A stretch of 64,000 nt of DNA from NCBI GenBank assembly GCA_963706325.1, contig CAVPLT010000006.1, positions 146,194-210,193 on the forward strand. The letters are read 5' to 3'. A program made the position numbers and the translations under genes. Positions 49,578 to 59,241 of the stretch are shown here, piece after piece. Every line of letters starts with the position of its first letter. Positions within the stretch are counted from its first letter, which is position 1. A model generated the notes under the pieces. The model worked only from the letters and a program-made list of their open reading frames with translations. It was not told the origin of the DNA and did no database searches. Origin of the DNA: an uncultured Nitrospiraceae bacterium. Lineage in GTDB: Bacteria; Nitrospirota; Nitrospiria; Nitrospirales; Nitrospiraceae.

Positions 49578-50273
49578 ATGTCTGCGCATCAGAAAGAACG
49601 GCACCGCACGGAGCACCTCGGTTGGTTACGCGCGGCAGTGTTAGGCGCCAACGACGGCATCATTTCGACCGCCAGCCTGCTGGTCGGTATCGCGGCGGCG
49701 CACGGAAGCCGCGGTGGCATCGTCATTGCCGGCGCAGCCGGCCTGGTCGCAGGCGCGATGTCGATGGCGGCCGGTGAATATGTCTCCCTCCGTTCGCAGG
49801 CCGACACGGAAGAGGCGGCGCTCGACGTAGAGCGGCAGGAACTTCAGGAAGACGAAGACGGCGAGCACAAGGAACTGACGAGTATCTATGTCCGCCGCGG
49901 TCTGGATCCGTCACTGGCCAAACAGGTGGCTCGGCAATTGATGGCCCATGACGCGTTGGGCGCACATGCTCGCGACGAACTCGGTATCTCCGACCAGCTC
50001 AGCGCGCGCCCGGTGCAGGCGGCGTTCGCGTCGGCGGGCGCCTTTTCCGTCGGAGCAGCCATGCCGCTGTTGACCGTGATCTGGGCTCCGATGCCCTACC
50101 TCATCCCGCTCGTCTCCGGACTCTCACTAGTCTTTCTCGCGCTGCTTGGTGGATTGGCAGCCTATGTGGGCGGGGCCAACATGCTGTGGGGCGCGCTCCG
50201 CGTCACGTTCTGGGGAGCACTGGCCATGGCGGCAACCGCGGCTGTCGGAGCACTGTTCGGAACGACGGTCTAA
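49578..50273 (+). CDS. VIT1/CCC1 family Fe/Mn transporter
   Basis: LRAAVLGANDGIIS, SMAAGEYVS, HARDELG. Confidence 0.93.
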   Translation: MSAHQKERHRTEHLGWLRAAVLGANDGIISTASLLVGIAAAHGSRGGIVIAGAAGLVAGAMSMAAGEYVSLRSQADTEEAALDVERQELQEDEDGEHKELTSIYVRRGLDPSLAKQVARQLMAHDALGAHARDELGISDQLSARPVQAAFASAGAFSVGAAMPLLTVIWAPMPYLIPLVSGLSLVFLALLGGLAAYVGGANMLWGALRVTFWGALAMAATAAVGALFGTTV

Positions 50274-50364
50274 AATTCTGACGCTCTCGCTGGGCCGGTT
50301 GACCGTGACGGCATCACATTTGTTCTTATGCAAGCCGGGATCACCGCCCGTGCGATCTCATGAT

Positions 50365-51153
50365 CTACGGTGACCCCGCTGGAATGCTGTCGTTCTGAGC
50401 AATTTCATAGACCAAAGTCACGGTGGCCTCGACCTTCATCTCTCCGCCAAAGATCGGCGGCTCGCCGCCGCCGGCATCCATCGCCATCATCGAGCGAGAG
50501 CTATGCGACATAGGCCGCGCCACATGGCCGCCTTCACTCACGCTGATTAAACGCAACAGTTTCAGCTTCAGGGATTCGCTCAGTGTCGCCGCTTTCTCGC
50601 GAGCCGTGACCACGGCCTGTTTCATCGCGCCGAGTTTCGCCCGTTGCTCATCCTTGAGTGCCCACTGCACGCCCTGGAAGTGATTCGCTCCGGCCGCCAA
50701 CGTCTGCTCGATCACAGCGGCGATCTTGTCAGGGTTGAAGACCTCCACCGTCACCTGATTGCTCACCATATAGCCGATGATCTCCGGTGTCACCGGCGGC
50801 GCATCTCCGTTGCGTTTCGGCGGCAGTTTAAATTGGGGCGACACGCTGAATGACGACGTCTGTATGCGCGCCTGGTCGATATGCAGTTCGCTCAAGCGAT
50901 CGATCACCTTCTGCATGACGTGGCTGTTGTGATGCTGGGCCTCCGGGAGCGATTTGGCGACCGTCTGCACCCCGAACGTCACGTAGGCCATGTCCGGCGC
51001 AATCGCCAGATTCCCGGTTCCGGTCACCGTCAGAATCGGGACCGCCGGCTTCGAGTCGTCGTTCGCGAGCACGGAAATGGGAAACACCAGCAGCAAGAGC
51101 CACAGAGTGAGCAGGGCCTGACGCTTTCCGCTCATAGACATCACGTGTCTCAT
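50365..51153 (-). CDS. SIMPL (DUF541) periplasmic protein
   Basis: Signal peptide; LTVTGTG...APDMA, IQTSSFSVSP, GAN, AREKA, VTLVY. Confidence 0.88.
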   Translation of the reverse strand: MRHVMSMSGKRQALLTLWLLLLVFPISVLANDDSKPAVPILTVTGTGNLAIAPDMAYVTFGVQTVAKSLPEAQHHNSHVMQKVIDRLSELHIDQARIQTSSFSVSPQFKLPPKRNGDAPPVTPEIIGYMVSNQVTVEVFNPDKIAAVIEQTLAAGANHFQGVQWALKDEQRAKLGAMKQAVVTAREKAATLSESLKLKLLRLISVSEGGHVARPMSHSSRSMMAMDAGGGEPPIFGGEMKVEATVTLVYEIAQNDSIPAGSP

Positions 51154-51160
51154 GTCATCC

Positions 51161-51346
51161 TCACTCGTTTCCGGCCTTCGCTTCGGATGATTTGCGCACG
51201 AGCGAGGTCATCTCATCCAGCTTGCGCGCACCTACCGCAAGGTCATTTTCCAGTCGCTCGATCATATCCAAGCAGGTCTTCACCGTGTCGACAAGTTGGG
51301 CTTGCGTCATGGCGGGCAGCTTCTGTTCAATGTCATGCCTGTTCAT
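51161..51346 (-). CDS. Small coiled-coil hypothetical protein
   Basis: MNRHDIEQKL...; GAGGA RBS; ends 7 bp before the SIMPL start. Confidence 0.55.
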   Translation of the reverse strand: MNRHDIEQKLPAMTQAQLVDTVKTCLDMIERLENDLAVGARKLDEMTSLVRKSSEAKAGNE

Positions 51347-51668
51347 GCGTGGTGTTCCTCCATTCCCTGGCCATCCACCAATGTGACTCATCCAAGGACA
51401 CGTTTTCAACAGTGGCAGGCGCAGTCATCGAAAGGCAGTGCCGGCTGAATGGAGGGTGCCACAGGCCTCGCCTCCACAAGAGACTGGCGGGCTGCATGAC
51501 AACCTCGGTGAAGAAATTTTGGAATCAGTAAGAGGAAGGGGGGAGGAGCTTCATCGGAGACAGAAGGATAGGAAGGCGGCGAGCGCCAGGAAAGCTCGGG
51601 CAGTCTCTTGCTGTCCAGGGGCTTTCCAGAACGCTCTTCATCCCTCGAGCACTACCGCAACCGGAACG

Positions 51669-52145
51669 CTAGGCCACCTTGATCTCGATGGCTTTCGCTG
51701 TCGCTTTCTGGGATTTCGGGAGATGCACCTGGAGCATCCCGTCTTTATAGTCCGCCGTCACCTTGCTGCCATCCGCATCCTCGGGAAGCGAAAAGCTGCG
51801 CATGAAGCTGCCGTAGGCCCGTTCGACACGATGATGCTTCAGGCCCTTGTCTTCCTTCTCGAACTTTCGTTCGCCGGAAATCGTCAGGACTTCGTTCTCC
51901 ACTCTGAGTCGGACGTCCTCTTTCTTCATGTCCGGCACTTCGGCCTTGATGAGGTATTCCTGGTCCGTTTCCATAATATCCACCAAGGGCGTCCACTCGG
52001 CCACCGTCAGGGATTCCTTGCCCCAACCATTGCCCGTTGCTTCCCGAAGTCCAAAGAGCGTCGCCAACCGGCCTTCTAATTCATCACGTTCTTTCGAGGG
52101 ATTCCAGCGAGTTTTGAAAGGGTCCCAGCGTAAAAGTGTGTTCAT
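51669..52145 (-). CDS. Hsp20/alpha-crystallin small heat shock protein
   Basis: WTPLVDI, AEVP, LTISGERK, ERAYGSFMRSFSLP, DGMLQVHLPK. Confidence 0.95.
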   Translation of the reverse strand: MNTLLRWDPFKTRWNPSKERDELEGRLATLFGLREATGNGWGKESLTVAEWTPLVDIMETDQEYLIKAEVPDMKKEDVRLRVENEVLTISGERKFEKEDKGLKHHRVERAYGSFMRSFSLPEDADGSKVTADYKDGMLQVHLPKSQKATAKAIEIKVA

Positions 52146-52193
52146 GGTATGACTCCTTCAGCAGGATACGGAGATTGGTTTCACCGGGTGCCG

Positions 52194-52436
52194 TCACTTG
52201 TGACTGACTGTTGCCAGCAGTTGCTGTTCCGCCTTCAGCCAATCCTCCACGGCCCCACCGTCTTGCCGATCACGGTACACATACAGTTCGTAGGCCCGCT
52301 CCGCAATGCGGCTGGGTTCAGGCGATGCCCCTTTGACCGTGTGCGCAGCCTGACCGCTCTTCTCAGCAGCAGGAAGACCATAGGACTTCGCCGCCGCTCC
52401 TGGTTGGTTGATTCGAGTGGTGTTCGTGTCCATCAT
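52194..52436 (-). CDS. DUF2934 protein
   Basis: IAERAYELY...DWLKAE; GGAGGAG RBS. Confidence 0.8.
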   Translation of the reverse strand: MMDTNTTRINQPGAAAKSYGLPAAEKSGQAAHTVKGASPEPSRIAERAYELYVYRDRQDGGAVEDWLKAEQQLLATVSHK

Positions 52437-52533
52437 GTATGCCTCTCCTCCTTGAAACGGTGCGCTGTCGTCCGCCGCGGCTACATGGCCGGTTCCCGGC
52501 GGACGACGCATATCCGCATCGTGCGGGTAAAAC

Positions 52534-53091
52534 TTAGGCCTTTTCCTTCACCGTGAGATCATTCTTCACAGACTTCACGCCGGGGACCTGCCAAGCGGAC
52601 CAAGAGGCCTCGGCACTGGTCATGAGGTCCTGCACTTCACCGGTCAGGGAGACGATTCCCGCATTCGTCTGCGCATGAATGCCGGCTTTTTTCAGATGGG
52701 CGTCCTTCGCCATATGCTCCTTGACGCGCGCGGTGATCGCCTCATCCTTGTCATCGGTCGCCTCACGCTTGGATGGGGCCACCACCTGCAAGTCATTCTT
52801 CACCGTCTTCGTGCCGTCGATTCCTTTGGCAATGGTTTCTGCCGCCTGTTTCGCCGCATCGGAATCAACCTTGCCGCGGATCATCACTGCGCCTTGAGTG
52901 GTTTCGACATTGATGTCGCTCCCCTTCACGCGGGAATCGGCAAACAGGGCGATCTTGGTCTTCGCCGTGATCCATGAGTCAGTCATGGGGGTCTTCTCCT
53001 CGGCCTTGCCGAGCGCATAAGCCGATCCGGTGATGAGGACCCCACCGACTACCAAAGCTGTGCAGAATGTCAGGACATAGCGTGTGTTCAT
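52534..53091 (-). CDS. osmY: Double-BON periplasmic protein (OsmY-like)
   Basis: Signal peptide; DSWITAKTK...VKNDL and DEAITARVK...GVKSVKNDL. Confidence 0.88.
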   Translation of the reverse strand: MNTRYVLTFCTALVVGGVLITGSAYALGKAEEKTPMTDSWITAKTKIALFADSRVKGSDINVETTQGAVMIRGKVDSDAAKQAAETIAKGIDGTKTVKNDLQVVAPSKREATDDKDEAITARVKEHMAKDAHLKKAGIHAQTNAGIVSLTGEVQDLMTSAEASWSAWQVPGVKSVKNDLTVKEKA

Positions 53092-53163
53092 CGTTTCTCC
53101 TTAGCGTAAACCGTCAAACTGTCGTCAATCGATTCGGTACCGCCCAATGGGCGATCGCCGTCA

Positions 53164-53334
53164 CTAGGTCACTCGAGGCGCGGAACGATTCGAAAACACA
53201 TGCACCGCGACCAGGATCATCCCGACTAAGAACAGGATCCAGGAAATCTGGACCGCAACCGCGGACACTCCCATGAGATTCAGGGCGCCGGCAATCAGAC
53301 CGACCACCAGGAACATCAGTGCGTAATAGAGCAT
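53164..53334 (-). CDS. DUF1328/UPF0391 small membrane protein (56 aa)
   Basis: Manual translation MLYYALMFLVVGLIAGALNLMGVSAVAVQISWILFLVG...; GAGGAG RBS; below the ORF-track cutoff. Confidence 0.85.
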   Translation of the reverse strand: MLYYALMFLVVGLIAGALNLMGVSAVAVQISWILFLVGMILVAVHVFSNRSAPRVT

Positions 53335-53556
53335 GGCTCACTCCTCTCTATGGAATGCGGGCGTGGGTCGACCAGTCCTCTGGAGTCTGGACGGAGTCCG
53401 AGGCCCCTCCATCGGGAGGCCACGACACGAACCAAACCGCGAATCAGAGAGACTCTGGCGCACGAGCGGCGGAGACTGGGGAATCGGTCACGCGGGGAAG
53501 GACACGAAAACGCGTGGGAATGGGACAGTCAGCGGAGCATCACACGTCACAGCATC

Positions 53557-53585
53557 ACGCTAAGCCCTATCCGGAACGACGTCAA
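53557..53585 (-). promoter_or_regulatory. Sigma70-type promoter of the DUF1328-osmY-DUF2934-hsp20 cluster
   Basis: TTGACG-17 bp-TAGCGT. Confidence 0.55.
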
Positions 53586-53757
53586 GCGTTATAATGGCGC
53601 CATCTTGGTCGGCGATGAAACCACGCCCCAAAGCTCATGAAAAGCCCGTTACGTATTTCATCCACTAACCAGCTGTGGCAGGGAAAGCACGCGTACATGG
53701 CCACGCGCGGCGCGCACTCCTGTGGTCGCAGAAGAGAGGCGAGAGACAGCGCTTGAA

Positions 53758-53994
53758 TTACCGCCCGCTGCTGCCGTGCAGAGCGAACCAGGCATAGGGC
53801 ATGAGGTAGTACCCCAGCATGAACAAGGTCAGGCCTAGAACCACGCCGACCATCCCTCTTATAAAATAGCCGGCGATGGGAACCAGGAACAATACCAGGT
53901 GCATGATGTGCGCGGCAGGTCCGTGCTGGTCGTAGAACGCCTGGCGGGTTTCACTCGAGAGCGCATCGGTGAAGGAGTGACTGGAAGGCATCAT
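53758..53994 (-). CDS. Small 2-TM hypothetical protein
   Basis: GAGGAGG RBS; two hydrophobic segments. Confidence 0.65.
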   Translation of the reverse strand: MMPSSHSFTDALSSETRQAFYDQHGPAAHIMHLVLFLVPIAGYFIRGMVGVVLGLTLFMLGYYLMPYAWFALHGSSGR

Positions 53995-54090
53995 CACCGC
54001 ACCTCCTCGTCCATCGAACAGGCGGTAGGGATAAGTCAGCAGCGGTGGCCTCATGATTGAACCATGGATGGAACGGCCACCTGCTCTATC

Positions 54091-54119
54091 ACGCTACGCG
54101 CAATGGGGCATGACGTCAA
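54091..54119 (-). promoter_or_regulatory. Sigma70-type promoter
   Basis: TTGACG-17 bp-TAGCGT, the same boxes as 53557-53585. Confidence 0.55.
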
Positions 54120-54130
54120 GAGCTTGATGG

Positions 54131-55039
54131 CTAGGGTTTTAACGACTTCAGAAAGTCGCCGAGCACCGCACGAAACTTCTCCGGGTCTTCCGCCATCATA
54201 AAATGTCCCGTGTTGAATTCCACGAGCTGCGCGCCCGGGATCTGCGACTGAATACCCTTTGCAATGGTCGGCGTGGCCACCCCGTCCTTCGCTCCCACCA
54301 TGATCAGGGTGGGCGCCCTGATGCGGCCGAGCTGCCCATGCACGTTAAACTGCGACATCGACGTCAACGCCTCTCTGATGACGGTCGCATTCCAGGTGCG
54401 GATACGGTCGACGAGCGGCTGATAGGTTTTGGAAGGCGTGTCTTCCGGAAAGCTTTCCACGATCATATTTTTTGAGACTTCTTGATAGTCTCGCGCCGCG
54501 CCGATGGTTGGAATGTCCTCGTCGAGAATCATCGCCCCATCCGTCGTCGAGACAAGCACCAAGGCCCGAACGCGCTCCGGGTGATCGAGCGCGAGACGTT
54601 GCAGGATCATCCCGCCCATGGACACCCCCACCCAGACCGCCTTCTGAATGTGCAGGGCATCGGCTAGCTTGATCAAGTCGTTGGAGAAGTGATCGATCGT
54701 GAAACCGGTCGCCGGCTTGTCCGAATCGCCATACCCACGGAGGTCCACGGCAATCCCGCGAAACTCAGGCGAATAGGCGGCGACATACTTGGGAAAGATA
54801 TTGCTGGTGGTGACGACGCCATGTACAAAAATGATGGGATCGCCGGTCCCCGCCTCTAGGATACTCAGCCGCAGACCATTGAGATCGACCATATGGCGCG
54901 TGAAGGTCTCACCGGGGGTAATCACATCGGCCAGTTTCTCCGGCCTGGCAGGGCTTTCTCGAGCGGGGGGAGAAGGAGAGGTCGCACAGCCGAATAGAGT
55001 CATGACGCCCAGAGCGAAAACCACTGCGACTGCCAACAT
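54131..55039 (-). CDS. Alpha/beta hydrolase lipoprotein
   Basis: Lipobox LFGC; FVHG, DLRGYGDS, GVSMGG, GAKD, TGH. Confidence 0.88.
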   Translation of the reverse strand: MLAVAVVFALGVMTLFGCATSPSPPARESPARPEKLADVITPGETFTRHMVDLNGLRLSILEAGTGDPIIFVHGVVTTSNIFPKYVAAYSPEFRGIAVDLRGYGDSDKPATGFTIDHFSNDLIKLADALHIQKAVWVGVSMGGMILQRLALDHPERVRALVLVSTTDGAMILDEDIPTIGAARDYQEVSKNMIVESFPEDTPSKTYQPLVDRIRTWNATVIREALTSMSQFNVHGQLGRIRAPTLIMVGAKDGVATPTIAKGIQSQIPGAQLVEFNTGHFMMAEDPEKFRAVLGDFLKSLKP

Positions 55040-55269
55040 ATGTCTCCCCTTTCGAATCCATTAACGGCGATAGCGGCACAGTACCCTCTGTGCCAGATAT
55101 ATTCAATGCGTGATGTCTATGCGACGACCTTCGTAGAGGTTCGCCGGAAGAGCTTATGTAACGACCTGAGATAGACGAACCCGGAATATTAGGTTTTCTT
55201 TCCCCAGAGCTGGTAGGATACGCCTATGCATCGTGTGGTGTTTCGAACTCGAGAGAAAGGAAACCTGTC

Positions 55270-56304
55270 TTGAATATAACTAAATTCATTGCCGCATTCA
55301 TCGTCTTGTCGTTGGTCGGTATGCCGACCATTTCATTCGCGAAGGCACGGGGTGGCTCCGGAGGCGGATTCTCCAGCGGGTCACGCAGCGGTGGCTCGTC
55401 AGGGAGCATGGGCAGCCGTGGATCACGGACCCATCAGGACAACGGCGCCAAGCCGATCGAACAGTCCACCACGGCCAAGCCGGCCGCGGCGCCGCCACCC
55501 TCCGCGTTCAATAGCCCGGCCGCTCAGAAAGCTCCTGCCGCGCAACCCTCATGGTTGCAGCGCAATCCCTTGTTGGCCGGCATCGCGGGCGGCATCGCCG
55601 GCTCATGGATCGGCCATATGATCTTCGGCGCGACCGACAGCAGCGCCCGAACCACCGAGAATGGTGAGGCGGGAGTCAGCGGGGAACAGGCTGCCGGCGC
55701 GTCCGGTCCGAACTGGATGCTCATCCTGCTCATGATCATGGGAGCCGGAGGACTCTATTATTATTTCAAGGGCAGGCGCACTCCCGCGCCTGATTTTTCC
55801 GGGATCAGCCGCAGCACCGCGGTGAGCGGGTCACTCCTGGATGATTCACCCACCATTCCGACCTTGAGAACCGCCACCATCGACAGCGAGATCACGAAGG
55901 CCGACAAATCGGCCTTTCAGCAATCGCTGATCGAGATTCAAGCAGCGTGGAGCAAACAGGACCCGTCAGGTCTGCGCAAGCTCGTCACGCCGGAAATGCT
56001 GGAATACTTCAGCACCGGCTTGGCTGAACAGGCCAGTCAAGAAATCACCAACCACGTCGAAGATGTCGTGTTGGAACGCGCAGAGATCCGGGAATCCTGG
56101 GTCGAAAATACCGCGCAATACGCCACGGTTAACCTGACCTGGACCGCTCGGGACTACACGGTCTCGACCACCAAGCAACCAGGCGAAACAGGGTATTTCA
56201 TCGAGGGCAACAGGGAGACGCCGACGGAAACGACGGAGGTCTGGACCTTCATGCGCTATCAGCATGGAAAGTGGTTGCTCTCCGCCATTCAGCAGGTCGC
56301 ATAG
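55270..56304 (+). CDS. Tim44-like domain protein with Gly-rich N-terminus
   Basis: Signal peptide, GSRGSRT, TM segments; IQAAW...EVWTFMR...WLLSAIQQ. Confidence 0.88.
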   Translation: MNITKFIAAFIVLSLVGMPTISFAKARGGSGGGFSSGSRSGGSSGSMGSRGSRTHQDNGAKPIEQSTTAKPAAAPPPSAFNSPAAQKAPAAQPSWLQRNPLLAGIAGGIAGSWIGHMIFGATDSSARTTENGEAGVSGEQAAGASGPNWMLILLMIMGAGGLYYYFKGRRTPAPDFSGISRSTAVSGSLLDDSPTIPTLRTATIDSEITKADKSAFQQSLIEIQAAWSKQDPSGLRKLVTPEMLEYFSTGLAEQASQEITNHVEDVVLERAEIRESWVENTAQYATVNLTWTARDYTVSTTKQPGETGYFIEGNRETPTETTEVWTFMRYQHGKWLLSAIQQVA

Positions 56305-56422
56305 TTTACTAGGACTCGGCTCTCCTCATGAGAGCCACAAGCGGATACGTCAGGGCAGCGATGGTTTTGATTATCGAAACGGTCGCTGCCCTTGTTTTTT
56401 TGAACGATCGCATGACTTCGAG

Positions 56423-56540
56423 GTGCCTGAGCGCATTGACCAGGCAGGCTCGAGTAGATGCCGCGACTAGCGCCGTCGTGCCTGAGCGCATTGACCAGGC
56501 CCGAGTGCTCGACTTAGTTGCCGCGACTTAGCGCCGTCGC
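56423..56540 (+). repeat. Tandem duplication of a ~55-60-bp unit
   Basis: GTGCCTGAGCGCATTGACCAGGC at 56423 and 56478, each followed by ...CCGCGACT(T)AGCGCCGTCG. Confidence 0.8.
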
Positions 56541-56746
56541 GCAAACTTCCCCGTAGACCCGAGCCCCGTGATAACTCGCTGAGGTCAATCCGGCGGTGGA
56601 TGAGAAGCGGCTCGAGTGAACGGAACTCGCATCACATGACAACGGTGGAGGTTTGGGCAGGAAAACGGAAGGCGCCCAGTGGTCGACAACCACCGAGCGC
56701 CTCAGGTACCGGGAAAATAAAACAGACACGAAGCATGGGGCACGAC

Positions 56747-57055
56747 TTACCGTATCCGCCGGGCAGCCGAACGGACAGGCACCCACGCGACTTGGGGCGT
56801 CATATTCCCGATCGCCCGTGAGAGACCTCGGTACGTTGCCTCAAGTTCACGACAACGCGCGACGAAGGGGCCAGACGACAACCTCGGAAAGTAATCGCGG
56901 TGACGTTCGTAGAACAGCGCCCGCTGTCCCCAGCGCTCTGCGTTTTTCCGGATTGCCCAGGCGACAAATTTACGGGGCAGCTCGGAAATCATTCTCGTCG
57001 ATTCCGGTGTGACAGCCACTTCAACTGCTGAAATGCCGTTAGTTACGTCTTTCAT
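56747..57055 (-). CDS. Hypothetical protein
   Basis: 102-aa ORF with GGAGGAAGG RBS; no family recognised. Confidence 0.5.
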   Translation of the reverse strand: MKDVTNGISAVEVAVTPESTRMISELPRKFVAWAIRKNAERWGQRALFYERHRDYFPRLSSGPFVARCRELEATYRGLSRAIGNMTPQVAWVPVRSAARRIR

Positions 57056-57361
57056 GGTTCCCTTCCTCCTTCATGATAGGGGCCAATCTGCGTCGACCTG
57101 TCCCTACTCTAGTCCCACAAGATGAAGACAGGATTAGCTCAGGATGAGAACGGCCTCATGAAGGCTGGTAACGTCTGAGATAGTAAAGCTACCGCACCTG
57201 AGAACCTCCAGATCATCACCTCCGCCCGCTTTTACGTTCGCCTACCGGAGTCACCTGTCCCACCCACTTCTACACAACTGAGCAATTTTGACCGGACGAC
57301 TCTCCATCAGCGGCCTATCATAGAAGATCGGACATAAGACTCATGATTGGAAGGAGACAGA

Positions 57362-57760
57362 ATGCGAACAGGTATAACCATTGCTGCAATCACTGCCATA
57401 ATCTGGTGCGGTCCTCTTGTCGTGGGGGCTGACCCTCAGGACGAGACCCTTAAGTCGAACCCGGCCTCTGGGACGAGATTCGCCACGACCGCCGCCTGCA
57501 CCGAACGGTCACCCTGCCAGAACATTACCGGCGAAATACTGAGGATCGAGGAAACCTACTTGATCCGGGAAACCAATGGGCGCGAAAGTTCCATGAAAGT
57601 CACGCGTGCCTCCCACATGGAAGCGCTGCCGAACGTGGGGGATTCCATTACCGCACAACTGAGCTCGAATGGCGAGGTTCAATCCCTGACCAAGCTTTCT
57701 AAAGTACTCGAGCGACAGGACATTGCGGTTCCCTCGAACACTCAAGGGGAACTGCGCTAG
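57362..57760 (+). CDS. Exported hypothetical protein (possible OB-fold)
   Basis: AAGGAG RBS; signal peptide; ITGEILRIE...VGDSITAQ. Confidence 0.65.
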   Translation: MRTGITIAAITAIIWCGPLVVGADPQDETLKSNPASGTRFATTAACTERSPCQNITGEILRIEETYLIRETNGRESSMKVTRASHMEALPNVGDSITAQLSSNGEVQSLTKLSKVLERQDIAVPSNTQGELR

Positions 57761-57920
57761 ATGCCCGCACGCTTCAATTGAGGCGTGAACGATGAACCGG
57801 AGGTCGAGGAGTGATCCTATTCAACCGGATGCGCGCCACAGCCTCAACTCAACGACCTGGGCTCGACCCGACCGGTTGCTTTACCATGTAGGACCGCCAC
57901 ACTTCACCGACGCGAGGCAT

Positions 57921-58091
57921 ATGATGGTTAAACCTTCCCTCGATCAATTCGCACGATCGCGTCAGCTGGCCACTGAGTCAGCTGCGCTGGCCGAGAGCTG
58001 GACTCGGCACTGTCCGGCCTGCAAAGACTGGCTCCGAAAAGCGTCTCCATTAGATCCCTGGGTCTGCGCCTGCGGATGGCACTGTCGTTGA
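57921..58091 (+). CDS. Small Zn-ribbon-like protein
   Basis: CPAC...WVCACGW; GAGG RBS. Confidence 0.5.
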   Translation: MMVKPSLDQFARSRQLATESAALAESWTRHCPACKDWLRKASPLDPWVCACGWHCR

Positions 58092-58234
58092 AGGGCGTAT
58101 GCGGCGGGGTACAAATGTACACGTGCCCGTATCGCTCGCCGAGGCAAGTTGGCCAAACCGATGCGATCGTCTCTGTCAGGGCGAATGAACTGCAGCCGTT
58201 CTTCCTCTTGGAACGCTAGGCCGACGACCGGCCG

Positions 58235-58879
58235 TCACCTGACCCAGGGGGTCTCGAACGTGGGCGGCTTCAGGCGTTCGGAGGGCGAGCGTGGGAGGGG
58301 GAGCGGGTCGGATGGGAGCGTCAGGCTTGGGCCTTGCGCGTCGCGGTTCATGCGGACCACCAGCGCCCCCATCACATCCAATGGTTGAAAATTCCGGCGC
58401 ACCGCGCGGGGATGTTGATTGTGACAATCGGCGCAGGAACGAACGAGCGCCAAATCAGCCGACATCGCCTTGAACTGATTCCCATCGACGAAACTCACGA
58501 AGCCCCGCGAACGGTCCTGCTCCAGACGAATCAGAGCATCGGCCTCCGCGGCCGTGCGGGGGCGGTTCTCCGGGTTGACGGGCGTCAAGCTGATCAGGCC
58601 GATCTCCAGGTTTTGCACTTGGCTTGCCGCCGCTTTTACGAACTGCGCCGGCAGGGGCAGCAGATGCGCGTCGCCTTCCCAGTCTTCTCGCGGCGACAGC
58701 CCGCCCGCTCGCGTGTGCTCCACCACATGCAGCACATAGGCAGTGCGAAAGGCTTTGACGATGTCGAGAATATAGTGGGCGGTGACCTCGAACGACGGTT
58801 CGGCCCAGGTGACGCTCCAGCCCAGGAACGATAGACATCCGATCAGGGTCAGCACCATTCCGCCGTGACGCAGCCGCAT
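58235..58879 (-). CDS. DUF3365/Tll0287-like c-type heme protein
   Basis: Signal peptide; LPLPAQF, ISLTPVNPENRP, CADCH heme-binding motif, MGALVV. Confidence 0.85.
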   Translation of the reverse strand: MRLRHGGMVLTLIGCLSFLGWSVTWAEPSFEVTAHYILDIVKAFRTAYVLHVVEHTRAGGLSPREDWEGDAHLLPLPAQFVKAAASQVQNLEIGLISLTPVNPENRPRTAAEADALIRLEQDRSRGFVSFVDGNQFKAMSADLALVRSCADCHNQHPRAVRRNFQPLDVMGALVVRMNRDAQGPSLTLPSDPLPLPRSPSERLKPPTFETPWVR

Positions 58880-59241
58880 ATAAGGCCTCGCAGAAAGGAG
58901 AGCAATCAGAATAAGGTGCCGGGAATCTAGCCGATTGACCTTTAGCCCGTCAATCGCCGCGGGCGACGCCCTGCGAATTCTTCAGAAGAGTCCGTGTGAA
59001 CCGGCATCAGGTGCTCCGAGGTTCTCGTTTCTGCAAGCGCCGCATTGCGTGGCGCGCGACCAATTGCCCCACCACACCGGGCAATCAAGCAGCCACTTGT
59101 TTACACCATCGGGCAATGCCAGACTCACCATAGTGGATGGTGCGACCCTCATTGACGACAGCCTGACGACGGAGACGACATCGAATAGCGGGGCGGCAAA
59201 CGGATGTTGATACAGAATCGTTCGAGCGAAGGTGCACGTCG

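Noticed and set aside
56423..56540. Possible mini-CRISPR (23-bp repeat, 32-bp spacer)
   Set aside because: Only two repeats, the 'spacers' resemble each other, and no cas genes are present; it is a tandem duplication.
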